NCBI GenBank assembly: GCA_040754885.1
Contig: JBFMCD010000065.1
Location: forward strand, 96-64,095
Reading direction: 5' to 3'
Length of the DNA: 64,000 bases
Source of the DNA: Acidobacteriota bacterium
GTDB taxonomy: Bacteria; Acidobacteriota; Thermoanaerobaculia; Thermoanaerobaculales; Thermoanaerobaculaceae
Below are positions 35,311 to 43,461 of the stretch, piece by piece (positions within the stretch are counted from its first letter, which is position 1; each line of letters starts with the position of its first letter). The notes beneath the pieces are model-generated. The model was given only the letters and a program-made list of their open reading frames with translations. It was not told the DNA's origin and made no database searches. The translations under genes and the position numbers were made by a program.

Positions 35311-35670
35311 ATGGAGATCACCGAAGTCCGCGTCAACCTGAACAAGGGCGGGAAGGTCAGAGCCTTCGCGCAAATCGTGCTCGACGACTGTTTCCTGGTC
35401 GGCGACATCCGGATCTTGGAGGGGCGGGAGGGAACGGTGGTGGTGGCGATGCCGTCCCGGCGTTTGCGCAGCGGGTCGTTCCGCGACATCGCCCACCCGC
35501 TCAACTCCGAGACCCGCCGCCGCCTGGAGGAGACGATCCTCGCCGAGTACCACCGCGTCGTGGCCGAGCGGGGCCACCCCGCCGACGGGGGCGCGTCGAA
35601 GTCGCAGAACCTGGCGGGCCGGCTTCTCGGTGAGAAGTTCTGGACCGAGGACGACGGCGACGAGGAGTGA
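35311..35670 (+). CDS. spoVG: SpoVG-family protein
   Basis: MEITEVRVNLNKGGKVRAFAQIVLDDCFLVGDIRILEG... is canonical SpoVG. GGGAGG lies 5 nt upstream. Confidence 0.9.
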   Translation: MEITEVRVNLNKGGKVRAFAQIVLDDCFLVGDIRILEGREGTVVVAMPSRRLRSGSFRDIAHPLNSETRRRLEETILAEYHRVVAERGHPADGGASKSQNLAGRLLGEKFWTEDDGDEE

Positions 35671-35719
35671 ACGCGGGCGTAGACAGCCGTCGGCGGCGCA
35701 ACTAGACTTCGGCACCGAC

Positions 35720-35795
35720 TGGGGCGTCGGCAAACTGGTAAGCCACGGGACTTTGGATCCCGCATGTGCAGGTTCGAGCCCTGCCGCCCCAGCCA
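35720..35795 (+). tRNA. tRNA-Gln (anticodon TTG), CCA encoded
   Basis: Hand-folded cloverleaf: acceptor TGGGGCG/CGCCCCA, anticodon stem CGGGA/TCCCG with loop CTTTGGA, T-arm GCAGG-TTCGAGC-CCTGC, then G-CCA. Confidence 0.9.
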
Positions 35796-35811
35796 GAACG
35801 GCGAGGGACCC

Positions 35812-36759
35812 ATGCACGAGCAGCTTCCGCTGGTCATCTTCTCAGGCAGGGCGCACCCGAAGCTGACCGACAGGATCTGCGACTACCTGCAGATCCCGCA
35901 AGGTCGGATCCGGCTGTACAGCTTTTCGGACGGCGAGAGCGCGTGCCAGATCGAGGAGAACGTCCGCGGCGGAGATGTGTTCGTGGTCCAGCCGACGTGT
36001 CCGCCGGTCAACGACAGTCTGATGGAGCTGCTCATCATCCTCGACGCGTGCCGCAGGTCGTCGGCGAATCGCATCACCGCCGTGATCCCGTACTTCGGCT
36101 ACGCGCGACAGGACCGCAAGGACAAGCCGCGCGTCCCGATCACGGCGAAGCTGGTCTGCGACCTGCTCACCTCCGCCGGCGCCATGCGCATCCTCACCAT
36201 GGACCTTCACGCGGCCCAGATCCAGGGGTTCTTCAACATCCCGGTGGACCATCTGTTCGCGGCGCCGGTGCTGATCGAGGAGCTGCGCTCGTACCAGGAC
36301 GGATCGCTGGTCGTGGTCTCGCCGGACGCCGGCGGGGTGGAGCGCGCGCGGGCGTTCGCCAAGCGTCTGGAGGCCGGACTGGCGATCGTCGACAAGCGCC
36401 GCACCAGTCCGAACCAGGCCGAGGTGATGAACATCATCGGCGACGTCGAGGGGAAAAACTGTGTCGTGGTGGACGACATCATCGACACCGCCGGCACGTT
36501 GGTGAAGACCGCCGAGGTGCTCGCCGACCGCGGCGCGGCGAAGGTGCTCGCCGCCGGCGTCCACGCGGTCCTGTCGGGGCCGGCGATGGACCGGATCGAG
36601 AACTCGGTGGTCGAGAAGGTGATCGTCACCGATACGATCCCGCGCAGCGAGCGGGCCAAGGCCTCCCCGAAGGTCCGCCAGCTGTCGGTGGCCGAGCTCC
36701 TCGGCGAGGCGATCCTGCGCATTCACGAGGCGAAGTCGGTTTCCAGCCTGTTCGTCTGA
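35812..36759 (+). CDS. prs: Ribose-phosphate pyrophosphokinase
   Basis: LVIFSGRAHPKLTDRICDYL..., the PRPP-binding loop VVVDDIIDTAGT, and conserved length. Confidence 0.95.
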   Translation: MHEQLPLVIFSGRAHPKLTDRICDYLQIPQGRIRLYSFSDGESACQIEENVRGGDVFVVQPTCPPVNDSLMELLIILDACRRSSANRITAVIPYFGYARQDRKDKPRVPITAKLVCDLLTSAGAMRILTMDLHAAQIQGFFNIPVDHLFAAPVLIEELRSYQDGSLVVVSPDAGGVERARAFAKRLEAGLAIVDKRRTSPNQAEVMNIIGDVEGKNCVVVDDIIDTAGTLVKTAEVLADRGAAKVLAAGVHAVLSGPAMDRIENSVVEKVIVTDTIPRSERAKASPKVRQLSVAELLGEAILRIHEAKSVSSLFV

Positions 36760-36866
36760 GCTTCCGGCGGGACGTGCGACCCGCCGCGCCGGACCCGCGC
36801 CGCGGGCAAGGAACCTGGTGCGCCGAAGGCTCCGCGGGAATATCTCATCGAACTCGGCGCTCTTTT

Positions 36867-36890
36867 CCCCGGACCCCGGACCCCGGACCC
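36867..36890. repeat. Short inverted copy of the heptad element (CCCCGGA x3)
   Basis: CCCCGGACCCCGGACCCCGGACCC is the exact reverse complement of the GGGTCCGGGGTCCGGGGTCCGGGG core of the 13.7-kb repeat. Ends 6 nt upstream of the putative rplY -35. Confidence 0.7.
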
Positions 36891-36896
36891 ACCGAC

Positions 36897-36925
36897 TCGA
36901 CGCCGAGGCGCCGGTGTGCTACGAT
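36897..36925 (+). promoter_or_regulatory. Candidate promoter TCGACG-17nt-(TGc)TACGAT for rplY-pth
   Basis: Extended -10-like TGcTACGAT at 36917-36925. Followed by a CCCGC/GCGGG hairpin and GGAGG before ATG 36968. Confidence 0.35.
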
Positions 36926-36967
36926 CACCGGCCCGCGAGATTCAGGCGGGTCGTGGAGGTTCGTACC

Positions 36968-37630
36968 ATGGACGAGCTGGTCATCGAGGTGGAACGCCGC
37001 AGTTCCGCGGGAAAGAGCGCCAATCGCAAGCTGCGCCAGACCGGATTGATCCCGGCGGTCGTCTACGGTGGCGGCAAGGAGTCGGTCCCGGTCGTCATCG
37101 ACCGCCACTCCGTGACCGAGCTGCTGCGCCAGGAGCAGGGGCGGAACACGCTCTTCCTGTTGAAGATGAAGGGTACGAAACAGGAGCGCCACGCGATGCT
37201 GCGCGACGCCCAGATCGACCCGCGCACCCGCCAGTTCATCCACCTGGACTTCATCCGGGTGATGAAGGGACAGCACGTCAAGGTCGAGGTGCCCGTCGTA
37301 CTCGAGGGCGAGGCGATCGGCGTCAAGACCGGCGGGTTCCTCGACTGGACCAGCCGTTCGCTGCACATCGAGTGCGCGGCCGAAATAATCCCCCACGCCT
37401 TCCGCGTCAACATCACCCATCTCGGGCTGGCCGAGCACGTCACCGCCGGCGACGTCGAGATGCCGGAGGGTGTCAAGCTGCTCGACGACCCGCACCGCGT
37501 CATCGTCACCATCGAGGTGCACGGCGCCAAGGCGGGCGAGGAGGAGGAGAAGCCCGAGACCGCACCCGCGGAGTCCGCCGAGCCTGAGGTGATCAAGCGC
37601 GGCAAGGTGTCCGAAGCGGGCGGGGAGTAG
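36968..37630 (+). CDS. rplY: 50S ribosomal protein L25 / general stress protein Ctc
   Basis: RRSSAGKSANRKLRQTGLIPAVVYGGGKESVPV..., with an acidic C-terminal extension typical of the Ctc form. Confidence 0.9.
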   Translation: MDELVIEVERRSSAGKSANRKLRQTGLIPAVVYGGGKESVPVVIDRHSVTELLRQEQGRNTLFLLKMKGTKQERHAMLRDAQIDPRTRQFIHLDFIRVMKGQHVKVEVPVVLEGEAIGVKTGGFLDWTSRSLHIECAAEIIPHAFRVNITHLGLAEHVTAGDVEMPEGVKLLDDPHRVIVTIEVHGAKAGEEEEKPETAPAESAEPEVIKRGKVSEAGGE

Positions 37631-37642
37631 TCTCCTCCCGCC

Positions 37643-38227
37643 ATGGACATCGGGGCGGTCGTCGGGCTCGGCAACCCGGGTCCGGAGTACGCCCTCACGC
37701 GCCACAACGTCGGCTTCCGCGTCGTCGACGAACTCGCCCGCCGCTGGCGGGCGAGCGTGTTTTCGCACCGCTACCGGGCTCTGGTCGCGCGCCGCGCGGG
37801 CGGCCGTCGGCTGCTCCTGGTCAAACCGCAGACGTACATGAACCTGTCCGGAGACGCACTCCGGCTGCTGTGCGACGGAGAGGCGCTCAAGCCCGAGCAG
37901 TGCCTCGTGGTGGTGGACGACGTCGAACTCCCGCTCGGCCAGTTGCGACTGCGCGAGGCGGGCGGGGCGGGAACGCACAACGGTTTGCGTTCGATCGTGG
38001 AGCGGCTCGGCGAGGGGTTCCCGCGGCTGCGCGTCGGCGTCGCCGGGGAGTCGCCGTGGCGCGACCTCGCCGACTACGTCTTGGCCCCGTTCGAGGGGCC
38101 CGAGGAGGAGGCCGTCGGGGAGTCGCTGGTCCGCGCCGCCGACTGTGTCGAGATGGCGCTCCACGCCGGTCTCGCCCGCGCCGCGACGCGCTTCAACCGG
38201 AACCCGGCGCCACCCCCGCAAGAGTAG
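37643..38227 (+). CDS. pth: Peptidyl-tRNA hydrolase
   Basis: VVGLGNPGPEYALTRHNVGF... and GTHNGLRSI motifs. Confidence 0.9.
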   Translation: MDIGAVVGLGNPGPEYALTRHNVGFRVVDELARRWRASVFSHRYRALVARRAGGRRLLLVKPQTYMNLSGDALRLLCDGEALKPEQCLVVVDDVELPLGQLRLREAGGAGTHNGLRSIVERLGEGFPRLRVGVAGESPWRDLADYVLAPFEGPEEEAVGESLVRAADCVEMALHAGLARAATRFNRNPAPPPQE

Positions 38228-38240
38228 CCGGCGGCTGCTC

Positions 38241-38268
38241 TTGCGTTTCCCGTCCATTGAGCTAGAAT
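38241..38268 (+). promoter_or_regulatory. Candidate promoter TTGCGT-16nt-TAGAAT for rpsF-rpsR
   Basis: -35 at 38241-38246 and -10 at 38263-38268. A ~70-nt leader with hairpins CCGC/GCGG and CCCGC/GCGGG precedes AAGGAGAA and ATG 38343. Confidence 0.4.
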
Positions 38269-38342
38269 CCATCGCTCGCCGCACCAGCGGTGATCCTTGC
38301 TCCCGCCTCGAAGCGGGGGCCGAAGGCCGAAAGGAGAACCGA

Positions 38343-38732
38343 ATGCCACTGTATGAACTGGGACTTGTCCTCGACACCGAACTGGATGCCGAGGCACGCG
38401 ACAGCTTCCTCGCGGAGCTGCGCGCCATCCTCGCCGCCAACCAGGCCGAGGTCGTCAAGGAGGACGTCTGGGGCAAGCGCGGTCTCGCCTACGAGATCCG
38501 CCACAAGCGGGACGGGTACTACGTGTTCTGGCAGTTCGAGGGTCCCGGCACCCTTCTCAAGCCACTCGAGTACAAGCTCCGCCTCTCCGACCAGGTGCTC
38601 CGCTACCTGACCCTCAACCTGGACCGCGAGATGCGGCGCAAGCGCAAGCTCGACGCCATGCGTGCGGAGCAGAAGGCGCGCAAGCGGCGCCAAGAGGCGG
38701 CCGCCGCCGCAGCCGAAGGGGGGGAGGCGTGA
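38343..38732 (+). CDS. rpsF: 30S ribosomal protein S6
   Basis: [11 protein letters not shown]... [25 protein letters not shown], with a basic/Ala-rich tail. Confidence 0.95.
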   Translation: MPLYELGLVLDTELDAEARDSFLAELRAILAANQAEVVKEDVWGKRGLAYEIRHKRDGYYVFWQFEGPGTLLKPLEYKLRLSDQVLRYLTLNLDREMRRKRKLDAMRAEQKARKRRQEAAAAAAEGGEA

Positions 38733-38965
38733 AGATGTCGAAGAAGAAGTATTACGTCAAGCGGAAGAAGGTCTGCAAGTTCACGACCGAGGGGATCGAC
38801 TACATCGACTACAAGGACATCGACCTGCTCCGTCAGTACGTCCCGGTGTCCGGCAAGATCCTCCCGCGGCGCGTCTCGGGGACCAAGCCGATCTACCAGC
38901 GCAAGTTGACCCGCGCGATCAAGCGGGCGCGGATCATGGCGCTGCTGCCGTACATCGGGGACTGA
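38729..38965 (+). CDS. rpsR: 30S ribosomal protein S18
   Basis: [39 protein letters not shown]...[17 protein letters not shown] in a GTGA overlap (or ATG 38735). Confidence 0.95.
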   Translation: MKMSKKKYYVKRKKVCKFTTEGIDYIDYKDIDLLRQYVPVSGKILPRRVSGTKPIYQRKLTRAIKRARIMALLPYIGD

Positions 38966-38977
38966 ACCCGTCCCGCC

Positions 38978-39937
38978 ATGACCGGACCGGCACCTGCGGA
39001 ACCGCAGCCGGCCCTGCGCCGCCTCGGGCCGGGAGCGGCCGGCTTCCTCTCGCTGCTCGTGTTTCTCGGGCTGCCGCTGATCCCGTTGCTCGGAGCGGCT
39101 GTCGCCATCTTGGCCCCGCTGCCGCTCGCTCATCTGGCCGCCTCCGGGCGTCCTTCGGTGCTCGGCTGGGGGTGGGTCGCGGTGGGTCTCGGCGGTCTCG
39201 CCCTGGCGACGCGGGAGGAGTGGACGATGGTCCTGTGCGCCGGCTATCTGCTCGTCACGGCCTGGCCCGCACAGGCGGCCGAAATGTGGCTGCGGCGGCC
39301 GTGGAGCAGCGGCCGGTGGGCGGCGATCGTGGCGCTGGTGACGCTGACGGCGAGCGCGGGTCTGCTCGTCGCGTTTTCGTGGCCGGGAGCTCCGGCCGAC
39401 ATCCTCGGCGCCCGGTTCACGGCGGCGATGAACGAGGCGGGCGATCTCGCCCGGATTCTCGGCGGCAGCGGGATGGGCGGCCAGGAACTCGTGGTCCGGG
39501 CCGCCTCGACGGCGGCCTACCTGGCGCCGGCGATGGTCGCACTCTACGTCCTCGCGGTCGCGCTGTGGCTGCGTCCGCGCCTCGCCGCCCTGGGATTTCC
39601 CAGGGGTGCGGACGCCTTCCGCGACTACACCTCGGAAGAGTGGCTGCCGGTCGGGTTCGTGCTCGGTGGGGCCGGATGGGTCTTCACCGGCGGGACACTC
39701 AAGTGGCTGTCCGCGAACCTCTTGGTGACGACGCTCGGCTTGTATTTCGTCGCCGGGCTCGCTATCGTCTTCTTCTACCTCGGCCGCCGGGTTGGCGGCA
39801 GCATCTGGGTACGCCTCGGGGTGGCGCTGTTGGCCATGCAGCTCCCGGTGGCGATCGTCGTGTCCGTTCTCGGGCTGGCGGATGCGTTCTTCCCGCTGCG
39901 CCGGAGCAGTGCGGCGGACGGAGGGCAACAGACATGA
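38978..39937 (+). CDS. Polytopic membrane protein (DUF2232/YybS-like) between rpsR and rplI
   Basis: About 8 hydrophobic segments. The position matches the yybS locus of other phyla. Confidence 0.65.
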   Translation: MTGPAPAEPQPALRRLGPGAAGFLSLLVFLGLPLIPLLGAAVAILAPLPLAHLAASGRPSVLGWGWVAVGLGGLALATREEWTMVLCAGYLLVTAWPAQAAEMWLRRPWSSGRWAAIVALVTLTASAGLLVAFSWPGAPADILGARFTAAMNEAGDLARILGGSGMGGQELVVRAASTAAYLAPAMVALYVLAVALWLRPRLAALGFPRGADAFRDYTSEEWLPVGFVLGGAGWVFTGGTLKWLSANLLVTTLGLYFVAGLAIVFFYLGRRVGGSIWVRLGVALLAMQLPVAIVVSVLGLADAFFPLRRSSAADGGQQT

Positions 39938-40395
39938 AGGTGATACTGAACGATCACGTGGAAAACCTCGGCGACCGCGGCACGGTCTGCGACGTGAAGC
40001 CGGGCTACGCACGCAATTTCCTGATCCCGAAGGGGCTGGCCTACGCGGCGAGTCCCGCGAATCTGGCCCGCTACAAGCAGGAGCAGAAGCGCTGGGAGGT
40101 CAAGCAAGCGAGCGAGAAGGTGGCCGCCGAGGGCCTCGCCAGCAGGCTGGCCGGGACCGAGCTGTCGTTCGTGCGCCGGGCCGGCGAGGGCGATGCCCTG
40201 TACGGTTCGGTGACGGCGGCCGACATCGCCGAGGCGCTCGCCGGGCGGGGCTTCGAGATCGACCGCCGACGCATCGTGCTGCCGCAGCACATCAAGCGGC
40301 TGGGCAGCTTCTCCGCCGAGCTTCACCTCCACCGCGACGTGCGCGTCCCCCTGACCCTGCACGTCGAGCGCGAGGGCGGCGAGGAAGAGGCCTAG
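39934..40395 (+). CDS. rplI: 50S ribosomal protein L9
   Basis: MKVILNDHVENLGDRGTVCDVKPGYARNFLIPKGLA. ATGA overlap with the upstream stop. Confidence 0.95.
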   Translation: MKVILNDHVENLGDRGTVCDVKPGYARNFLIPKGLAYAASPANLARYKQEQKRWEVKQASEKVAAEGLASRLAGTELSFVRRAGEGDALYGSVTAADIAEALAGRGFEIDRRRIVLPQHIKRLGSFSAELHLHRDVRVPLTLHVEREGGEEEA

Positions 40396-40402
40396 AGGAG
40401 AC

Positions 40403-41767
40403 GTGTCCACGCCCTCCGCGCCCGGTGGGCCCGGCCGCCCGAAGCGTCTTGGCGAGGGAGGCGGCCTGGCCAGGCGGGCGGTGTGGCGGTTGGCTCGCGC
40501 GCTCGCCGGCTCGGAACTGGACGCCTTCGAGAGGTTCGTCGGCGGACTCGACGATCGGCTCGCCACCGAGCAGCGAGCGCGCCTCGAGTTGCAGCGTCAC
40601 GCGGACACCAGAACCGACCAGCTGGTCGCGGAGGTCGAGGAGCTTCGCACGAGGCTCCGTTCGAGCCGCGACGACATCGAGTCGATCCGAAACGCCCTCG
40701 TGGGTCTGCGCGAGGGCGGTGAGCAGCTGCCCGATTCGGTGGCGAGAATCTCGGCCGCGGTCAGTCTCCTGCGTGACGAGATCGGCTCGTTGCGCGCCTA
40801 CGTCGAGAAGCTCCAGGCGGGTTTCGCCGAACTCCAGGGCGAGGTGTTGCGGATCCGCGACGACCGCCTCCCGGAAGTGGATCGGCGTTTCGGCGGCTTC
40901 CAGACGAGCTTCGAGTCGCTCCAGGGGCTCGCCGAGGAGTTGCGGGACCAGCGTCTGCCCGCGCTCTCGAGGCGACTCGACGGCCTGGTCGAACGCTTGC
41001 ACGACGAACTGGTCGCCACCGCGAGCCTGCTCGACCGAGTGATCGCCGGTGAACCGTTGTCCGTGCCGCCCGCCGACACGGCTTCCGAGGTCGCCCTTCC
41101 CGACGCGGTGCGCGCCGCGTCCTCTGTGTTCGCCGAGAGCTTCCGCGGCGCCCGGGCCGAGATCTCACTTCGCGTCGCCGAGTACCTGCCGGTGCTGGCC
41201 AAGGCCGAACCGGTGCTCGACCTCGGGTGCGGGCGTGGCGAGCTGCTCGAGGCGCTGCGCGACCGGGGCGTCCGCGGCCGGGGCGTCGACGCGGACCCGG
41301 TCGCCGTGGATGCGTGCCGCCGGCGTGGGCTCGACGTGAAGCGAGGGGACGTGGTGGAAGCGCTCACCGGGGAGGCGCCGTCGAGCCTCGGCGCCGTGTG
41401 CGCCGTGCACCTGCTCGAGCACCTGCCCGCCGCGGTATGGATGCGCGTGATCGCCGAGGCGGCGAGGGTTCTTCGCCCGGGTGGCGTCCTGATCCTCGAG
41501 TGCCCGAACCCCGAGTCGATCCGCGTCGGGGCGAGCCTGTTCTGGACCGACCCGACCCACCGGTCGCCGATCCACCCGGACGCGGTGGTGTTCGTGGCCA
41601 AGGCGGTAGGGCTGGAGGTCGTCGAGGTGCGTCGCGCGCGGCCGTTCCCTGAAGAACAGCGCCTGGATTCGCCCGGCCAGACTCCCGAGGTTCGCGCTCT
41701 CGCGCAGCGCCTCGACGCGCTGATCAACGGCGAGCGGGACGTCACGGTCGTCGCCCGCAAGCCTTGA
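40403..41767 (+). CDS. Class I SAM-dependent methyltransferase with a long N-terminal coiled-coil region
   Basis: Motif I VLDLGCGRGELLEAL and post-I GVDADP, then HLLEHLP and VLRPGGVLILECPN. The N-terminal ~200 aa have heptad-like Leu/Glu/Arg repeats. Confidence 0.75.
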   Translation: MSTPSAPGGPGRPKRLGEGGGLARRAVWRLARALAGSELDAFERFVGGLDDRLATEQRARLELQRHADTRTDQLVAEVEELRTRLRSSRDDIESIRNALVGLREGGEQLPDSVARISAAVSLLRDEIGSLRAYVEKLQAGFAELQGEVLRIRDDRLPEVDRRFGGFQTSFESLQGLAEELRDQRLPALSRRLDGLVERLHDELVATASLLDRVIAGEPLSVPPADTASEVALPDAVRAASSVFAESFRGARAEISLRVAEYLPVLAKAEPVLDLGCGRGELLEALRDRGVRGRGVDADPVAVDACRRRGLDVKRGDVVEALTGEAPSSLGAVCAVHLLEHLPAAVWMRVIAEAARVLRPGGVLILECPNPESIRVGASLFWTDPTHRSPIHPDAVVFVAKAVGLEVVEVRRARPFPEEQRLDSPGQTPEVRALAQRLDALINGERDVTVVARKP

Positions 41768-41813
41768 CGCCTCGCGGCGTTGCGTCTCGCTTCGGGCGGG
41801 TATCGAGTCCGTG

Positions 41814-42824
41814 TCAGTTGGTCAGGTGCTGTTTGAACAGCTCGCGCAAGGAGAGCAGGACCTGCGCGAAGTTGCGTTCCTTGAGCAGTTCCTGCAGCTC
41901 GCTGCGCGAGATGCCGGTGAGCATGCGATCCCGCGCCTCCTCGACCAGGGCATAGAAGTCCGAAACCGGCTTCAGGCCGAGCTGCGCGAAGTGCTGGTTG
42001 TACCACTCCGACTCACGGACCTTCTCCCAGACGTGGGGCGCCGCCGGCGCTCCGTGGCTCCACAGCCCGTCGGCGAGCGAGGTGATCTCACGGTAAAGCG
42101 AAGAGAGGATGACCGGGTCTTTCCCTCCCGCCAGGGCGTCCTCGAAGGCGCCGTCCGCCACCGGTGCCTCGGACGTCTTTTCGGGGGCCGGAGACGGTTT
42201 GGGCGGAGCCGCGGCAGGCGCGATCTTCGACGCGGCCTTCGGCGCGGGTTTCGTGTCCTTGGCCGGACGCTCTTCCGCCGCGGGCGGCTCGGCGGGTCTC
42301 GGTCTTTCGGGGAGCGGGGCCGGGCGGGTCGGCTCGGGGGCCGGCTTGGCGGGGCGCTCGGCCGGGCTCGGGCCGGCGGCGACCTTGCGCAGGCGCTCGT
42401 CGAAGCTGACCAGGAACCCCATCTCCGTGTCGGTCACCGGCCTGATGAAGGCGATGCGGTTGAGGATGGTGTCGAGCTCGAGGAAGCGGATGCGCAGCAC
42501 GTTCGGGTCGGGGGCGAGCGAGGCGAATCGCCTGAGGATGTCCGGACTGGCGGCCACGACGTCGTAGATGTTCGAGAAACCGGCGTAGTCGAGGAGGTCG
42601 GCGCTGTCGCTCAGGTGCCAGTTGATCGACGCCTCGTGCGAGCGGCGCAGGCTGAGGTTCTCGCGGAGTTCCTCGGGCAGGCCCGCCTCGGCCCAGTCGT
42701 CGCCGTGCAGCGCGCGCAGTTCCTCGCGCAGGACCTGGCGGATTCGGTGGAGGCACTCGGCGATCAGGCGGTAGGCGTCCAGGTTGAGATCGAGCTTTGC
42801 CATCGCTGTGTAGTTTAATTCCAT
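41814..42824 (-). CDS. Swt1-like HEPN-fold protein with substituted catalytic residues, Pro/Ala-rich linker and an unknown C-terminal domain
   Basis: The layout DDWAEAGLPEELRE...LLDYAGFSNIYDVV...LELDTILNRIAFIRP parallels the Swt1-type HEPN pattern (W..lP.e.r ... llDY..f ... RN.iAH.rP). The R and H positions read L and F. Start at 42824 (or 42803). Confidence 0.5.
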   Translation of the reverse strand: MELNYTAMAKLDLNLDAYRLIAECLHRIRQVLREELRALHGDDWAEAGLPEELRENLSLRRSHEASINWHLSDSADLLDYAGFSNIYDVVAASPDILRRFASLAPDPNVLRIRFLELDTILNRIAFIRPVTDTEMGFLVSFDERLRKVAAGPSPAERPAKPAPEPTRPAPLPERPRPAEPPAAEERPAKDTKPAPKAASKIAPAAAPPKPSPAPEKTSEAPVADGAFEDALAGGKDPVILSSLYREITSLADGLWSHGAPAAPHVWEKVRESEWYNQHFAQLGLKPVSDFYALVEEARDRMLTGISRSELQELLKERNFAQVLLSLRELFKQHLTN

Positions 42825-43417
42825 TCTGCCCCGGCGCGCATGTGCGCCCACGGGCGGAGGAACCGTTCCCGCTTCTCGAGTTCCCGGAGCGCGACCAGCA
42901 GCAGCCTGCCGCGGGTCACGGCATCCGGCACGTTGAGGAAGCCCTGTTGCTGTTCCGCCGACAGCCCGAGGTTCGCGGTGATCCGCCACGTCAACGAAGA
43001 GAGATCGGACGCACCTGTCTCGTCCTCCAGGCGGCGGTCCAGGCGCAGGCACAGCTGCCGGTAGCGCGAGTCGAGAAGCCGGCGCAGGGAGGAGGCCTTC
43101 GACGCGCCGGCCCGAGGCTCGGGGAAACGCTCGGCCCTCACGAGGGGCGTCTCGCTCTCCACGAGTTCGAGCAGGCGGCACCTGGCCACGCCCCGCAGGG
43201 TCGGCGCGCCCGGTCCCCGCACGACGAATGCCGTGACGCCCACCTCGTGAACGGAGTCGCCGTCCACCAGGGACGCAACGACAGCTCCGCCGAAACCGCG
43301 CACGCCCTCGGCGACCTGGCCGGGCCACTCGGCTGGAGGCGGGGCGACCATCGTCTCGCCGGGGAGCAGAACCGCGTTCTCCAGCGGGTACAGTGGAAGG
43401 ACGAAGTTCGCCGGCAT
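42815..43417 (-). CDS. LON N-terminal (substrate-binding) domain-only protein
   Basis: VLPLYPLENAVLLPGETM is the LPLFPL..VLFPG signature of Lon N-domains. About 200 aa, with no AAA+ or protease domain. Confidence 0.7.
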   Translation of the reverse strand: MPANFVLPLYPLENAVLLPGETMVAPPPAEWPGQVAEGVRGFGGAVVASLVDGDSVHEVGVTAFVVRGPGAPTLRGVARCRLLELVESETPLVRAERFPEPRAGASKASSLRRLLDSRYRQLCLRLDRRLEDETGASDLSSLTWRITANLGLSAEQQQGFLNVPDAVTRGRLLLVALRELEKRERFLRPWAHMRAGAEWN

Positions 43418-43461
43418 GCCGGGACGAGTATACCGGGGGCGGCGCAGGGCCGCCCGTGGAG

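Noticed and set aside
38732-38735. Absence of ssb between rpsF and rpsR as an anomaly
   Set aside because: Direct rpsF-rpsR adjacency occurs in many lineages, so by itself it is not unusual.
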